The translations under genes were made by a program, and so were the position numbers. From contig OZ361256.1 of assembly GCA_977018835.1 (NCBI GenBank), forward strand, positions 3,410,001-3,474,000: 64,000 nt of DNA, written 5' to 3'. The notes beneath the pieces were generated by a model, which saw only the letters and a list, made by a program, of their open reading frames with translations, was not told the origin of the DNA and did not search any database. This stretch comes from Minutocellus sp. GHC0000111 (lineage: Eukaryota). Below are positions 12,985 through 26,407 of this stretch, one piece after another. Each line of letters starts with the position of its first letter. Within the stretch, counting starts at the first letter, position 1.

Positions 12985-13695
12985 ATAGGAACGAAGGCGG
13001 GTGTGCGATATTGGTGAAATAGACTGGAGTCTACCTGGCCTATCATCACGAGAGTGTAGATCTATCGCACCATCGCACCATACTGTTACCGTTGCTGTGT
13101 CACGCATTCATGCTTTTGTCGCCTCGATTTCATTCGGTGGATCCTCTTTCGACGTATGTCGTCGAGGAACTCACCGTCTTTTTTAACACATATCAAATCT
13201 GGTAGAGGCAATGACTGCATGATGCTGCGACGAACGGCGAATAAATGAAAAGAACTGAACGATACTGCGAAGAAATGAAAGAAGGAAAATAGTAGAGAGC
13301 TCAAATGGTCCATGGCGATTGGGGGCCGTGGATCATCAATCATCAATCAAGCTCTCTTCTCTGTCTCTGATTCTCGAGAAGATTTTATTTGTGCAAAAGA
13401 CTAGGGTCTACTAGTAGCTAGCATAGATAAATGGAACTAAAGTATCGCCTGCATGTCGAATTACCGGCAATTCGATTTCATTTGCTCTCTCTGCATCACG
13501 CCCATGCCAACCAAAAAAAGCTCTGGGCAGCATTGGGTTTCTCTCTTATGTCTCAACCTTCTGATAGCTGCAAAATAGACACTTTTTGTGGGAGGGCGAA
13601 GAAGTGAGAGGAAAACCGTCACAACTCCTCAACTCGTGTCGTATCCGCTAACCCCCAGCGAGATACCTGCACGCCACTCACGCCACACGCTCACA

Positions 13696-14388
13696 ATGGC
13701 CTCTTCTAACAGCTTGCTCCCACACCGGCCGCGAAGACGATCGGCATCTGGCGCGCTCTGCATGGCCGCCGCCATCTGCGCGCAACGAGGGTCATTCTGC
13801 TCGGCGGCCGCTGCCTCCGGGCCTGCATGTGCCGGTGCGGCATTCGTCGTACCAACCCCACGACGACAAGCGGTGCCTGTGTCCTCAAGTACAAGCCTCG
13901 GCGCATGGTTCGGCGGCGGCAATGCCAAGCAGCAGGACGAAAAGGATGTCAAATCGTCCGACGCCGACGCCTCGTCAACCGGCCGCCCGTACCCATCGAG
14001 TATTCTCGGCGGTGGGAATGATGCCGAAGATGGCGGAGAGATGGGCCGAACGGCATCGACGCTGGAGGCCTTCAAGGCGGCCCAGGAGGTCGGCAAGCGG
14101 ACCGCCCAGGTAATGAACGAGCTGTCCGGTATGACCATTGAAGGCAACGGTCCGCTGGGGATCAGGGCGTACGTGGATGGACGAGGCCGACCGACGGGGA
14201 TGAAGATGGATGACTCGCTGCTGCGCAATAATGGGGAGGGTGACGTGACGGCAGCAGCAGCTGTATCGGCGGAAGATGTGCAAGATGCCATCACCAAGGC
14301 ATTTCAGGATGCCTACGACAAGAGCTTGGAGCAGCAGGAGGAGAAGATGGCGCCACTGTACAGTCACCTGGGCCTTTCGACTTCGTAG
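13696..14388 (+). CDS. YbaB/EbfC-family nucleoid-associated-like protein, probably plastid-targeted
   Basis: 'AQEVGKRTAQVMNELSGMTIEGNG..IRAYVDGRGRPTGMKMDD..EDVQDAITKAFQDAYDKS..EEKM'; hydrophobic leader followed by AAF. Confidence 0.75.
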   Translation: MASSNSLLPHRPRRRSASGALCMAAAICAQRGSFCSAAAASGPACAGAAFVVPTPRRQAVPVSSSTSLGAWFGGGNAKQQDEKDVKSSDADASSTGRPYPSSILGGGNDAEDGGEMGRTASTLEAFKAAQEVGKRTAQVMNELSGMTIEGNGPLGIRAYVDGRGRPTGMKMDDSLLRNNGEGDVTAAAAVSAEDVQDAITKAFQDAYDKSLEQQEEKMAPLYSHLGLSTS

Positions 14389-14600
14389 TTAGTTAGCTAG
14401 ATAGTTAGCGAGTTAGCTAGCTCAGGCTGGTTGTTTATGGTTATAGCTCAGGCTGGTTGTTTATGGTGAGTTTGTCCAATGATTGTTATGGCATCGCTCA
14501 GCACATCAGTCTGATGCAGTTGCGATACAACTGCGATACAACAAGCTTGCCGTCGAGGAACACAAGGAAAGATTCAATCGCCATCAAAGAATATAAATCA

Positions 14601-17600
14601 TCACGGGTTGAACACCTCGGCCTCCGTGAAGAGAACCGAACTGTTAAAGTTGCTGCGCATGGGAAGGACGGTGTCCATGTCGCCCTCCGGCACGCCCATC
14701 CAGGGGGCGGCGGCGTTCCAGAGAGCATCCCAGGGAGTTGTTGGGAGCATCCGGCCTCTGCTCAGGGCCAAGGGGCCGTCTTCGGAGAATTCGCTGGGGA
14801 ACTGGCCGAAGACTTTGCCTCCATTGAGACCACCGCCGAGGATGAACTGCTGGCCTCCCCAGGCATGGTCGGATCCTGCACCGGTACCGTCGCCACGCGG
14901 GCCGGTGTTGGGATCGAGGGTACGGGCAAACTCGGAATTCTGGACGAGGATGGTGCTGTCCCACAGGCCAAGATTGTCACGGACCTCTTCGACAAAGGCG
15001 GCGATGGCATCGTCGACTGTATTGAAGTTGCTAGCCACATTGTCAAGGACCCAGGAATGAGTATCCCAGCCTCCGGTGGAGACATGGAAGAAATCGCGCT
15101 CAACTCCACGCTGCTGACGGGTCTGCATCATCTGGGTCACCATTCGCAGCTGACGGCCCAGGCCGGTGCTGGGGAATGTCGCCGTAGTGGAAGTAGAAGA
15201 GAGGGCATCGTAAAGCAGCTCGTGCTGGTCGAGGGCCTCCGAGAGCTTGATGCTCCAAGTCTCGGCCATCATACTGCTGTCAATGGACGTGGCGTTGTTC
15301 AGACTACGGACGAACTCAGCCATATTGCGCGGGGTCATGTCACCGTTGCGATCAGGATCGCTGTCGGTGGGACCCCACCAGCTGGCAACATCATCGAAAC
15401 GAGGATCAAATTTCTTCATACCGGCGGAGCTCAGGACAATTGGTGCGGGATTTCCTGGTTTGCCGATGAGCGACATTTGGTTGCCAGTGATGGAATAGGC
15501 ATCAGCAGGGATACCGTTGGCCATGAGCGAATCTCGCATCCGGCCGAGCACGCCGGTACCCATGCTCTCCTGGCCAAGATCAAGCCTCTTGCTCTCGAGT
15601 TGCATCGCATTGTGAGCAAAGAGCTGGACATTCTGGTTACGGTAGTCCTCCTTGGAGACAGGGGCAGACATGAGGCCGGTGTTGGTGACGAAGATGGCGT
15701 CGCCGGCATGATAGAGGTCTTTGATGGTATGCAAATTCTGGTGAAGTCCAACGCTCTCGCATACGTGGTTGGCATTGTTTGTAGGCAGCTCCCACAGCGA
15801 AGCCTTGTCCAACGCAATGCTACCCGGCGTGCCAGCAGGGCCACCGCGGATGGCCTCGTACTTCTCCCAAACCTGATCGTTGCATGTATGGGGTGGAAGC
15901 ATGTTCCATGTGTCAGCTCCTCCGTCAAAGAAGAGATAGACGATCGCCTTGTTGTCGGTGCCACTGGACGTTCCTGTTGACGTAGCCTCCGCCCGTGGCT
16001 TGTCGCTTTGCTTGACTGTAGTGGAAGTATGGAATTCTGGCGAGCTGACGATGAGCTGCATAGCAAAACGACGCTTTGCAGCCACGACGTCACCGGAGTT
16101 GGGATTGGGAGTGTAGCCATCGAGGGCGGTGATGATCTTATCTCGGTTCTCTGGACTGAGCCGACCCTGAGTAAGGAGGGTAGAAAGCTCATCAACTAAG
16201 TCTGCCGAAACGCTGGATTGTTCGACAAAGGACAAGAATGCCGAACCTCGCTCAAAGCTACCATTGTCCAAGCAATTTCCGTGGCCAGGATAACGGCCAA
16301 AACCCAACGCGTCAGTATCGCCGTCGTCGTAGCAGTCCGAAACACCGTAACGAATCAATCCCCACAAACCATTCATAATATCGATGGTTGTAGGCATGTT
16401 GACAAGCATGCTCTTGGGCGATACCATGCCGGCGGCGATGGCCGGGCCGGCATCAGGAACATACTCGGGAAGGAAGAAGCTAAAGACGCTCGGAAATCGG
16501 CTCGGTTCTTCACCGATTCGCTCAGAGAGCTCCCAGAGCTCTACAATCTTTTCTCTCGGGGCCATCTCGATCTCGAGACTCTTGAGGAGCTGAATAACAC
16601 GCATCCACGGCTCCTTGATCGAACCAAAGGTAGGATCGCGGTCGAGGACGGGTGATGTAGCCTCAGGATCCAACGAGATGGCAGCTGCAGTTGCCTCGAG
16701 GCAGCCATACTTTTCCGATCCAAAGGAGACTCCCTCCGATTGATATGTGCCGGTGCGGAAGGCTGTTGCACACTCCTTGACGTAGCGAGGCGATGGGTTG
16801 GAGATACCGTGGCGCTGGATGAGGCGCGTACAGATGAACGGCGCCGTGTTGGTATGCTGGAAGTAATGATCAATAACGGCGTCAGTCTCGTAGTAGGCAT
16901 CTCTTGGGTTGGTCTCACCCTCACCATCTGAGCTGTAATCCTGGCTCAAACCCATAAAGTGCGGGGCATTGCGGAAGGAGTAGGCGTTGCCGTCGACAGA
17001 AGTCGATAGGCCTTCGACAAGCATGTGGTCAATATTAGGACCACTCCATTCGCCAGACATGTCGCGAAGCTGGATGGTGTTCGCTCCGGGCTGCAAAGTG
17101 ATGGTGTAGCTTGTTGTTGCCGCCCAGAAGTCCCAATGGCCCGTCGAAGCCAAGAGCATGTTGTTATCGATAATAATGTTGTTGAGCGCTAGACCAAACT
17201 GGCGAGTTGGGCCCCAGCTGTTTTCATACTTGAAAGAAATCTTGACGGTCTGTTCCGAGGGAACGTTGACGGTGAAGTTCAAATGAGCGTAGTATGAACC
17301 CTCGAAATCCATGAATCCAAGACCAGTGTAGTCAGTTCTGGAGTCATTCTGGAAGGAACGGTAGATGGGAGGATTGTTCGTACCGACACCGGGGTCGGCA
17401 TCCTCGGCCTCGAAGATTTGAATTGGCTGAGTCCTACCTTTCAGCTGGACGGTGGACTTCATGTTCTTGAGGAAGAGGCGAGTTCCGTGGTAGGGGTGGT
17501 CAAGCTCGAAGATAGTGTCGGCGTCATATGTAGTACTGCCAGCGCCCTTGAAATGGACGGTAAAGCCGGTCCTGGCCACAGTGTTGTACGAGCCAGCATC

Positions 17601-20600
17601 GGTGGTAGCGGGGTCAACGGCGCCAATGTTAAGAATCGAGACAATGTCCTCGGCCGATGAAGGGTCGGCGCTGTACACTGCCTCATCAATGACGCTGGCA
17701 TCGCAGACGCAGGCCTCGACACCAGAAACATGGGTCGTCTGGCGGCAGTTTCCACATCCGGTGGCAGGGCTGGGGTAGCTGTCACCATCCCAGTACGCCT
17801 TAAACCAATTGAGAGTCTCCTCGGCGTTGATGTGGGCTGGCGTGAAGCGATTCTGCATGGTGAAGGTATCATGGACGATGGCGACGTAGCCCTCGTTGTT
17901 GATCTTGACTTGGACGGAACAGTCGGCGGTAGTCCAGTGGTAGCCAAGCTCATTGTCTTCACCGTCGACCTTGCCGAAGAGACAAAGCCCTTCATCTTGA
18001 ATCGGATCGACGCACTGGATTCAGATGAGAAAGAGGAGGAAGGGTGGAATTGAACGATAAGCGAACTGCTTTGAAGACAAGAGAGCACCAAAAGGCATCC
18101 AGACACGGCCAGAAATGTATACTCACGTAATCCCAACCATCTGCAGCATCGGGATTGTCCGCGCAGCCTGGCACGGGCTCGTCCCACGTGCGTTGGTAAC
18201 AAACCAAACCGCCGGCACAATCGTTGTCACTGAGGTTTTGCGAATGAGTTGAATAAACGGATGGTAATGGTGAGAGTCAAGTAGAGGTGATAGATATACA
18301 AACAAGAAAAGCTTTCCTTTAAACGGCACTCACTTATCGCAATCGCCCTGGCAATGCCCATATACTCCCTCTGGATTGTCGTTGCCCCTGCTGTCATCTA
18401 GAGGAATAACGGGAAGGTTCATGCTCTTTGCCAAACATCTCTGCTCGGCAGAAGCGTAAGTCATCCTCTCGCCGTGGTACTCGTAGGCACGAAGAGCCTC
18501 CTCGACAGAGCGCTCAATGCTCTGGTCACAGCAGGCCTCACTCGCTGCAGCCAATTTGGGGTCAGCGCACATGACACCCTCCCAGTCACGGTAACGCCGA
18601 GCAATCTGCTTGCCACCCTCGTAGAAGGCTTGGTGGACGCATGGCGGTGGGACATACTCGTAGAACACGTCGGGATTCGACTTGACTTGAACCACTCTCA
18701 CGGTGTCGACGACGCACTCGGCAGTACCTGATGTACAGGATAGATGAGAAGTGAGCTCAACAAGTGGGCTGAAGGTACCACTTCCATCGTTGAGAGTGGC
18801 AAAGAGATCGCCGGTGGGATCCAGAACCATCCGTTTAATGTTGTAGAGTTCCCCGTAGCGAAGATTAGGGTGATCCACCATCAGCTCTGGAAGAGGATCG
18901 GCGCCAAGGAGACGATACTTGGCGCCGGGGCGAAGGAACATCTTGTCGGGCACGTCGACGCAGAGAGGGTAGTTATCACCGATGTATCCTCCAGTGAGAT
19001 CGGACTTGGGGAACCGATCACGCCAGCGCTCATCGATGTAGAGCGGATCGAGTCGGTTGCGGCTGCCACCGGTAGTGTCGTCCTCGTAGTTGCCACGAGG
19101 GTCGTGGCGTTGAAAGCCCGTCCAAGCTCGCGCAAAGGACATGATATCCTCATTCGTGTAGGTCTCGATGAGCGTGCCACTCTCGCCTCGCTTCGGGGTA
19201 CCGTCCTCATCGAGGGCAAGAAGGCCGATGGTAAACAGCTGCATGATCTCACGTGCAAAGTTTTCGTCAGGACTAATGATGCGACCGTTGTCGTCTTCGT
19301 AGACATAGCCATGCGACTTTGAGGCCAGGTAGGTCAGATGCTCTGCCATGAAGGGCGAGAAGGAAGATTCCTTGAGGACATCGCGGTAATTGCCGAAGGC
19401 ATTGCGTACCATGATGTCGTAGTAATTCACTGAAATGTCGAGGGAGGAAAGCAGGAAATGGAAAAAAGAAGAGACAATAGGTGAGCGTGGTTGTCGGCAT
19501 GTTGGCGAAGCAAGAACTTTATGAGGCACACAGGATAAATATAGACTCACGGTACACTTCGGTGAGATCGTAGGCATCGATATTGCCCTCAACCACCGTG
19601 ACGATCTGCGACAAGGCCCAAGCCATACGTTGACGCAGCTGATCTGCTGAGTTCAGGGCAATCATCGTCCAGACCTTGGTTTTCTGTTGATGCATGTAGT
19701 CATCGTACGTGGTATCTTCATTTGGATTCTCCGAGTCGTAGAGGGCACCGTTGACTGGATCATTGGCGACCTCTCCGGGCGAACCACATACCAAGGTAGC
19801 ACCGGCTGTAGAGAAGTCGGGCGAAGCATCGTAATTCTGAGCGACGGCAGGTAGCTTGATGTTATTATCCAAATCGCGGAAGGAGACATAGTCAAGGAAC
19901 CGAACAAAGGATCCCTGCTTGAGAGAGGTCGACTTGGGAGCTACACCGTGATTGTTCCATCGTGACATTCCATGCTCCTGAACGAGGACACCGGGATGAT
20001 TTTTGGGGAAAATTAGATGCCATCCAGCATGATTGGTGAGATCTTCGGCCCACTTGGTAATCTTCTGTGCTCCGCCAGGATGGGGTTCAACCCAACCGGT
20101 TGCATCGTACACGTTGTAAAGGTGTGGATGGACCTGGGTCATGCACGTGTCACCAACTTGGATCTGGATCGGCTCCGGATCCTGCTTGTTGATAGGCCAG
20201 CCATAATCACAAACCATAGACGACGGCTTCCTCACGTCCACAAGGAGTGGGTTGTCCGTGTCCGATGCCCCTGAGAGCATAGCGGTGATGGCATCGGCAG
20301 TGCCCTGACTGAACGGCGTTGGGGCAGTACAATTTGTGGCGTTCTTCATCCAACGGGTATAATCATCGGAAGTGACAGACGACGAGCAGATGGCCTGATT
20401 ATCTTCCAAGACCAAGCCCAAAATAGCGTAGACATATCTACCCGTGAGCTCAAAGAAGGACTTGATGTTGGTCTCATCAAGGAGGATGGGAATGTCAGGA
20501 GCTGTCTCGCCGGCCTGGCAGGCGTCAAGCTCGGTGGAAAGGACACAATGTTCCTCATTGAGGAAGTTTCGAGGAACATTAGAGCAGCGAGTATTGTCAG

Positions 20601-23600
20601 TGTAACGCTGGACCTCGCCACCGCCATCAATAATGGGATTCTCAACAGTATTTTCTTCCAGAATCAACTGAGGCGTCCACTGCAAATACGTGCCATCACT
20701 GAGCTTGGCAAAGACCGGCTTGTTCCCCTCCTCGGCCGAGGTAGGCACATTCATGCACATGGTTGGATCGTCGATGGCAGTAGTAAGCTGAAAGTCGAAG
20801 CCGTTCAGTGCTTTGTAGATATCCTGTTCATCATTGACGCCTGAGGTCCAAGCTTGATCATCTAAATCGGGAAGACCAGTAAATTGAACATCGGGCACAT
20901 GGTCCTCATGTCCCGACCAATCGACCATTGGGTTGAGGACGGAAATAATCGCTTAATTACCGCAGTATGTCTCTCCAACCTTGCGCACACGGACTCGGCC
21001 TTCCACCAGCGCCTCGATCGGAGTGATGGGATAGTCACAGAACTCGTAGGCCGTCTTGTTGTTGAAGTCGGAGTAGATGATGCCATCACCGTTGCTGTTG
21101 GTCTCAAATCCCTCGGTGTAGTAGACACGATCATGGACGACGGTCCTATTGTGCCCGTCTACGTTGATGATGGTAGCCTTTGCCTTGCCCACACGAAGAT
21201 GATCAATTTTCGCACCATAATAGAGCGTGTTGCGAACATGGACCTTGTTCTCACCGGCATCCAAATCGTAGTAATAGTACGGAGTGTATCGCCAATCATT
21301 GCTGCCGTAAGAGTAGCCAGTGTTGAAGATCTGGGCCTGAGCTCCGCCAGCAGTCGAATTAACGGTGACCTCGAGGTCAATGTCTTGAAGCCAGCTGATA
21401 TCCTGAGAGTAGCGAATGGACAGGGGATAGTTGCCAGCCGACGGTACAGTAATGGTAAATTCCACCCAGGAATGTTCTTCTCCATACTTCCAGTCACGGT
21501 AATGAGTCAAATAATTCCACCCAGTGTGACCAGACGAAGGAGTCTCATCGATGTAGTAACCGGGGTTGGCATTGGTAGGGTCTGCCACCGTCGTAGCGTT
21601 GGGATCGTAGCAAAAATCGGTGGAGCGTCGCCCCCATCCATAGCAACCTGGAACGGATTGCACATCGTTTCGCTGGAAGCACTCCAGCGATCCGGCACAG
21701 TCAGTGTCGGCGTCACAATCTCTGTTTGATTGGAAACATTCGAGGTAAGAAGAGGAAGTGAGATGCATGAAGTTCGATTATGGACGGAAATTAAAAAATA
21801 TAGATAATACAATGTCTCTCAGTCGCCACTCACCCTTCACAGAGACCATAGTAGCCGGGGCCATAGGTGTCCACCAAATTATTTCCGATATCCCTCAGAC
21901 GAGGAACGTCTACGCCGGAAGGAGGCATTAGGAGATCCTCGGCCTCGTAAATATCAGGATCGGGACGATCCTTCTCCGACTCGGGTGTGTAGAAATAAAT
22001 GGTACGGTAGACACCGTTCATCATGTTGCGACGATCGTGACGGTTGAAGGAATACTTCCTCCAGCGGCTGTCGGGATCGCACGGATGGTCCGTCCGGCCG
22101 ACTTGGGAGCTGTGAGTCACTTTGGGGTTGGTACGGGCTCGCCAGTACTCCCGGTGGCTCGTCATGGCCGTCTTGGTCGTGTCCATCTGATCCTTGACGT
22201 AGTTGGCACTGTGAAGGGCAGGATTGGAGGTCCAGTCGGCGACATCAAGGACGTTGAGGTCGTCGGTGGTGACGCCAAAGGTATTTTGGTCCATGAATCT
22301 TGCCACCTCATTTCTCTGGCTGACGCTACGGGCATACGAAGTCAAGACGAAGCGAGAATTGGCACCGGGAGCTGGAAGAGAAATCGTACACTTGGACGTG
22401 ACGTCGGAGCAGACGAGAGATCCCGGAGAAGCAAAGATGGAAGCGGCCTTTCCTCCAGCGGCCGACTCCCACTTCCTACCATTGTAGGACCGAGCGACGG
22501 GGATGATCTGAGCGTCTTCTCCAGAAGAGACATCTGTCTGAACCTCAGTGAGAGCACAGAGAGTATCAGCGGAGGACAGAGTCACTTCGAGAGTACCCCC
22601 CTGGGCCGCCTGGGCCAGGTTGACGTCGGTGGGAGTATTGGGGTCGATGTTGCCGCAGTCCATCGAGAGAACCTACTACGTGGGAGGGTGGGACAGCGAG
22701 GGACTCGGCGAAGGCGCATCAGTAGGAGCCTTGGTAGGACTGGACGTTGGGCTCGACGAGGGAACCTCGGTAATCTCGACGCACGTCACTCCGTCTCCTG
22801 TAAATCCAGTATTGCAGGAACACGTGTAGTGACCAGGGGTGTCGAAACAGGTAGCGTTGCCATGGCAGTTGTGATTGCCAGTAGCACATTCGTCTTGATT
22901 CTGTTCGCAGGTCGGCCCGAAGTATCCAGTTCCGTTGCAGTTGCAACTGAACTCGTCGACTCCATCTGTACAGACGCCATTATTCTTGCATCTTGGCTCA
23001 TTATTCTCGTCAACACAGTCATCGATATCGATCTCGCACCACGTTCCAGCATACCCGGCCGGGCAGCTGCAGGTGTAGTTGTTGATGCCATCGACACAGA
23101 TGGACCCATTCGCACAGAGGTTGCCGGGACAGTCATCGATGTTGGTACAAACGGTGCCGTCGCCGGAAAAGCCAGTATTGCACACACAGTCATGAGAGCC
23201 TTCGGTGTTGGTACACAACGCGTTGGGATCACAGTCGTTAGTGCCCTGGCACTCGTCAATGTCGGTACATCCAGTTCCACCGGCGGTAATATTCCTGCCG
23301 TCACCGCTGTATCCCTCAGGACACTGGCAGGAATGTCCGGGGATGGTGTTGGTGCAGATGGCGTTGGCGTCGCAGTCATGAGCGGCGGTGGCGCACTCAT
23401 CGATATCGGAACACACCTTGCCATCTCCCTCGTACCCAGCCTTGCATGTGCACGTGTACGACCCGACGGGCTCGTTGGCGCACACGGCGTCCATGTGGCA
23501 GAGGGTGGGATTCTCCGTGCACTCGTTCACATCCTCGGCACAGGTGGGTCCGGTCCAGTGCAGCTGTCCGTCGGTGGAGGGGCAGACACAGGTGTAGTTG

Positions 23601-23996
23601 CCAGGTCCAGGCTCCCCCTGGCATTCGCCACCGTTGTCGCAGGGGTTGGGGTTGCAGTCATCGGCCGCCACGGGAGAGGCCGTGGGCGAAGCCGACGGTG
23701 AGGACTCGGGCGAGGCGGTGGGAAGGGGCGTGGATGGACTGGCCGACGGGGATGCCTCGGGACTCGTGGTGGGGAAGTTGGTAGGTCCTGGCGTTGGGCT
23801 GGCCGAGGGCGAGGACTCGGGACTTGCAGTGGGAGAATCGGTCGGTCCTGGCGTCGGAGTGCCTGTTGGCCCAGGGGTTGGTCCTGGAGTTGGCGAGCCT
23901 GATGTTATCGTGATATATCATATAATCAATTAAGAAGGAGAAGAAGAATAGGGCAGAACGCACACAAAGAGTTAGAGTCATGCAGATGTGATATCA

Positions 23997-24029
<33 letters not shown>

Positions 24030-24889
24030 CGCATAAGACCAGATATATACACCTAAGAATTCCAAATGAAGACATATGCATACATGGCATGCAGAAACAG
24101 CATTTCAAGCAACTCACCGGTCGGGCCCTTGCTGGGCCGGGCACTGGGAGCATCCGTGGTCGGTGCACCTGTTGGTCCCTTGGTGGGAGATCCCGTGGGC
24201 ATCCCCGTCGGGGCCTCCGTGCACGGTACCTCGGAGCACTGCCCGTGGGTGGGCGTCTGCGTCACGACGTTGCACTTGGACCCTCTGCCGCCGCAGTCGG
24301 CGTCGGTGGTGCAGACATCAAAGGGAGACTTGGAGCACGTGACCGTGGTGGTCGTGCCGACGGTGCCGCAGTCGGACGTTGCGCCGGGTGGTCCTGCGCA
24401 GGACTGGCCGGCGTTGGTGCCGGATGTGCAGGCGTAGCACTGGGCCGTGGGGGGTTCGACCGGCGCGGGAGTGGTCGGAGCCGCGACTGGAGCGGGAGTC
24501 GTTGGGCTGGCCACCGGCGCGGGCGTCGTCGGCGGAGGTCCCGAGACCGGCGCCGGCGTGGAAGGCGGGGCCTTCTTGTTGTTGCCTCCGCCGCCTCCGC
24601 CGCGGGCCAGATGACGATGCTCCTCCTCCTCTTCATGCAAAAGATCCAGATCATCAGCGGCGGTGTCGTCATGGGTCATTTCCACGGTAGCAGCGGCGGC
24701 AGCCGCGTGGACGAGGCCCAGGCCGGCAAGTCCGAAATGACCGCCGCTGCTGGGGGAGGGAGACGACGACGAAGTCAGGGCCAAAAAGGCCAAGAGGCCG
24801 ACGTTGACCGTGCCGGAGAGGCGGTGGAACCGACGGGAGCGGCCCGGGAAGGACGGTGCCGACGTCGACGTCGACGGGGTGGTGGTCAT
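14601..24889 (-). CDS. Giant secreted multidomain protein: Pro/Thr linkers, EGF/EGF-Ca repeats, frustulin-type ACR domains, CBM6/35-like domains, DUF1800 and C-terminal DUF1501; contains in-frame stops (possible pseudogene)
   Basis: Exons 24889-24118, 23898-21834, 21721-19551, 19429-18334, 18229-18127 and 18014-14601 (9621 nt, GT-AG, frame-consistent). DUF1800 motifs '[14 protein letters not shown]' and '[17 protein letters not shown]'; DUF1501 motifs 'GGWDTH', 'SEFARTL', 'SDHAWGG'. Stops TAG-TAG at 22678-22673 and TAA at 20955-20953. Confidence 0.8.
23996..24024. repeat. (TA)n microsatellite in intron 1 of the giant gene
   Basis: 'atatatatacatatatatatatatatata'. Confidence 0.9.
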
Positions 24890-25400
24890 GGCTGGTCGGG
24901 TTTTGGTATGATTGGAGAAAAAGACCGGTGTCAAGTCAATGAGTCTGACCGGATCGGCGGATGCGGAACGAATGAAGGAGTCTGTCGACCGACGATAGGA
25001 CGTCGAAAGTCGAAAGTAGCAGCGAAAGGGAGATATTCGAAAGACAGTCAGGCAGCCAGTAGCGCAGATCCAACCAAACGGATGCGAGTCTAGCTACGTA
25101 GAGTATGCCAACGAACGAACGATAGTCTCTCGCTCAGGTTGAAACTGAAAGGAAATGAGCTGCCTGGTGTTGTGTGGCGTGGGGCCCAAATGATTTTGCC
25201 CGCATCGCAACTTGGCCTGATGTCAAGATCGGTCATTTATGGGGCCGACATTCTGGTCTGGAGGACGTTTTGAGGAGTTTTTCCTCCCCAATACAGGCTT
25301 GAGTCGGACGAGTCAACAGAATCATATGGGCCATTCTCGAATCGTGTCTGTTCGTCGCACGCGCCGGCTCCGTTTTGAAGATTGCCAAACGCCATTACCA

Positions 25401-26407
25401 ATGACCCACAAGCAAAAAGCTGAAATCATGCTCATTTTTCATCTGCGACCATGAGGCCACCGCCGCCGCCGCTCTCCCCATACGGGACGCTCCAGGGCAC
25501 GCTATTCCAGTACTCGACGTTCCCCTCCCTCGTCGCCTTTGAATCCTGCCCACCCACGGTCGCTGCTACTGCCGCTGTCGATGAAGCTGCCACCCTCCCT
25601 TCCAAGAAGTGCATCCTCATCGGTACAATATCGCCGGTACAATATCTCACTTCCATCTATCTCTACTTTTGCGACCACTTCTACCTGGCTCACATGTCAC
25701 AGGCCACAAACTTCCAAAGCCGAACTGCCCTCGCTATTATGCCGCCGCTTTTCGTCTTTGGCTTGACCTCCGAGAAGAAGCTGGAGCACCAAATGAAGCA
25801 GATGGCCCACGAGGGGTCTATCGCTTGGAACGAGGAGCAGGAGGCAAAACAACGCGAGGAACTCAAGAACTCCATCAAGAGCGCCGACCAAACCAAGGCT
25901 ATGATGGACCTCTACAGAAGCGAGGTCGAGGCTTCTCGCGTCCGGATTGTTCCTGGCGATAGCCTTGGCCTTCACCACCGAGCGCTGAATTATTGGCAGG
26001 CCAATCCATTCAAGATGCTTGCCGCGGCTGGGGTTCCGACAGTGCTCTACATCTTCAAGGGAAAGAGTAATCAAGCTCACCTTCAACTTCAGAGCAAGAT
26101 TATACATACCCGTGTCTACGGCCAATTCGCAGTCATCGGCATGCTTTTGGGCTTTATGGGCGTCAAGACTTACATGGACAATGAGGGCACATTCATCACC
26201 GAAGCCCAAGCCGAAGCCAAGGCAGCAGAACTGGCTAAAAAGCGCGAAATGCTCTAGTCTAGAATTGAGTTTAATAAGAACCTCGCAAGTGATCGGAAGG
26301 AAATGATTCGAAAGGCCCACGACATCGACGTCCAGCATTCCCTCCAAGAGAAGGTTGCAACACTGAAGACTGCTCTTGATGCTGGCGACCACTCTCACGC
26401 TCATTAG
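25401..26407 (+). CDS. HIG1-domain (Rcf1/Rcf2-like) mitochondrial membrane protein; 5' structure uncertain, probable premature TAG at 26255
   Basis: 'ATNFQSRTALAIMPPLFVFG', 'WQANPFK..GVPTV', 'LQSKIIHTRVYGQFAVI'. The frame stays open for 49 codons after the TAG, to a TAG ending at 26407. Confidence 0.6.

Noticed and set aside
14457..15980. 507-aa plus-strand ORF (also 22037-23701, 39209-40234, 1567-2535)
   Set aside because: Antisense shadows of GC3-rich genes with no motifs of their own.
22673..26257. TAG reassigned to a sense codon (alternative genetic code)
   Set aside because: Intact genes here (Pds5, YbaB-like, MetAP, ABC-F) terminate at TAG, and a TAA interruption also occurs.
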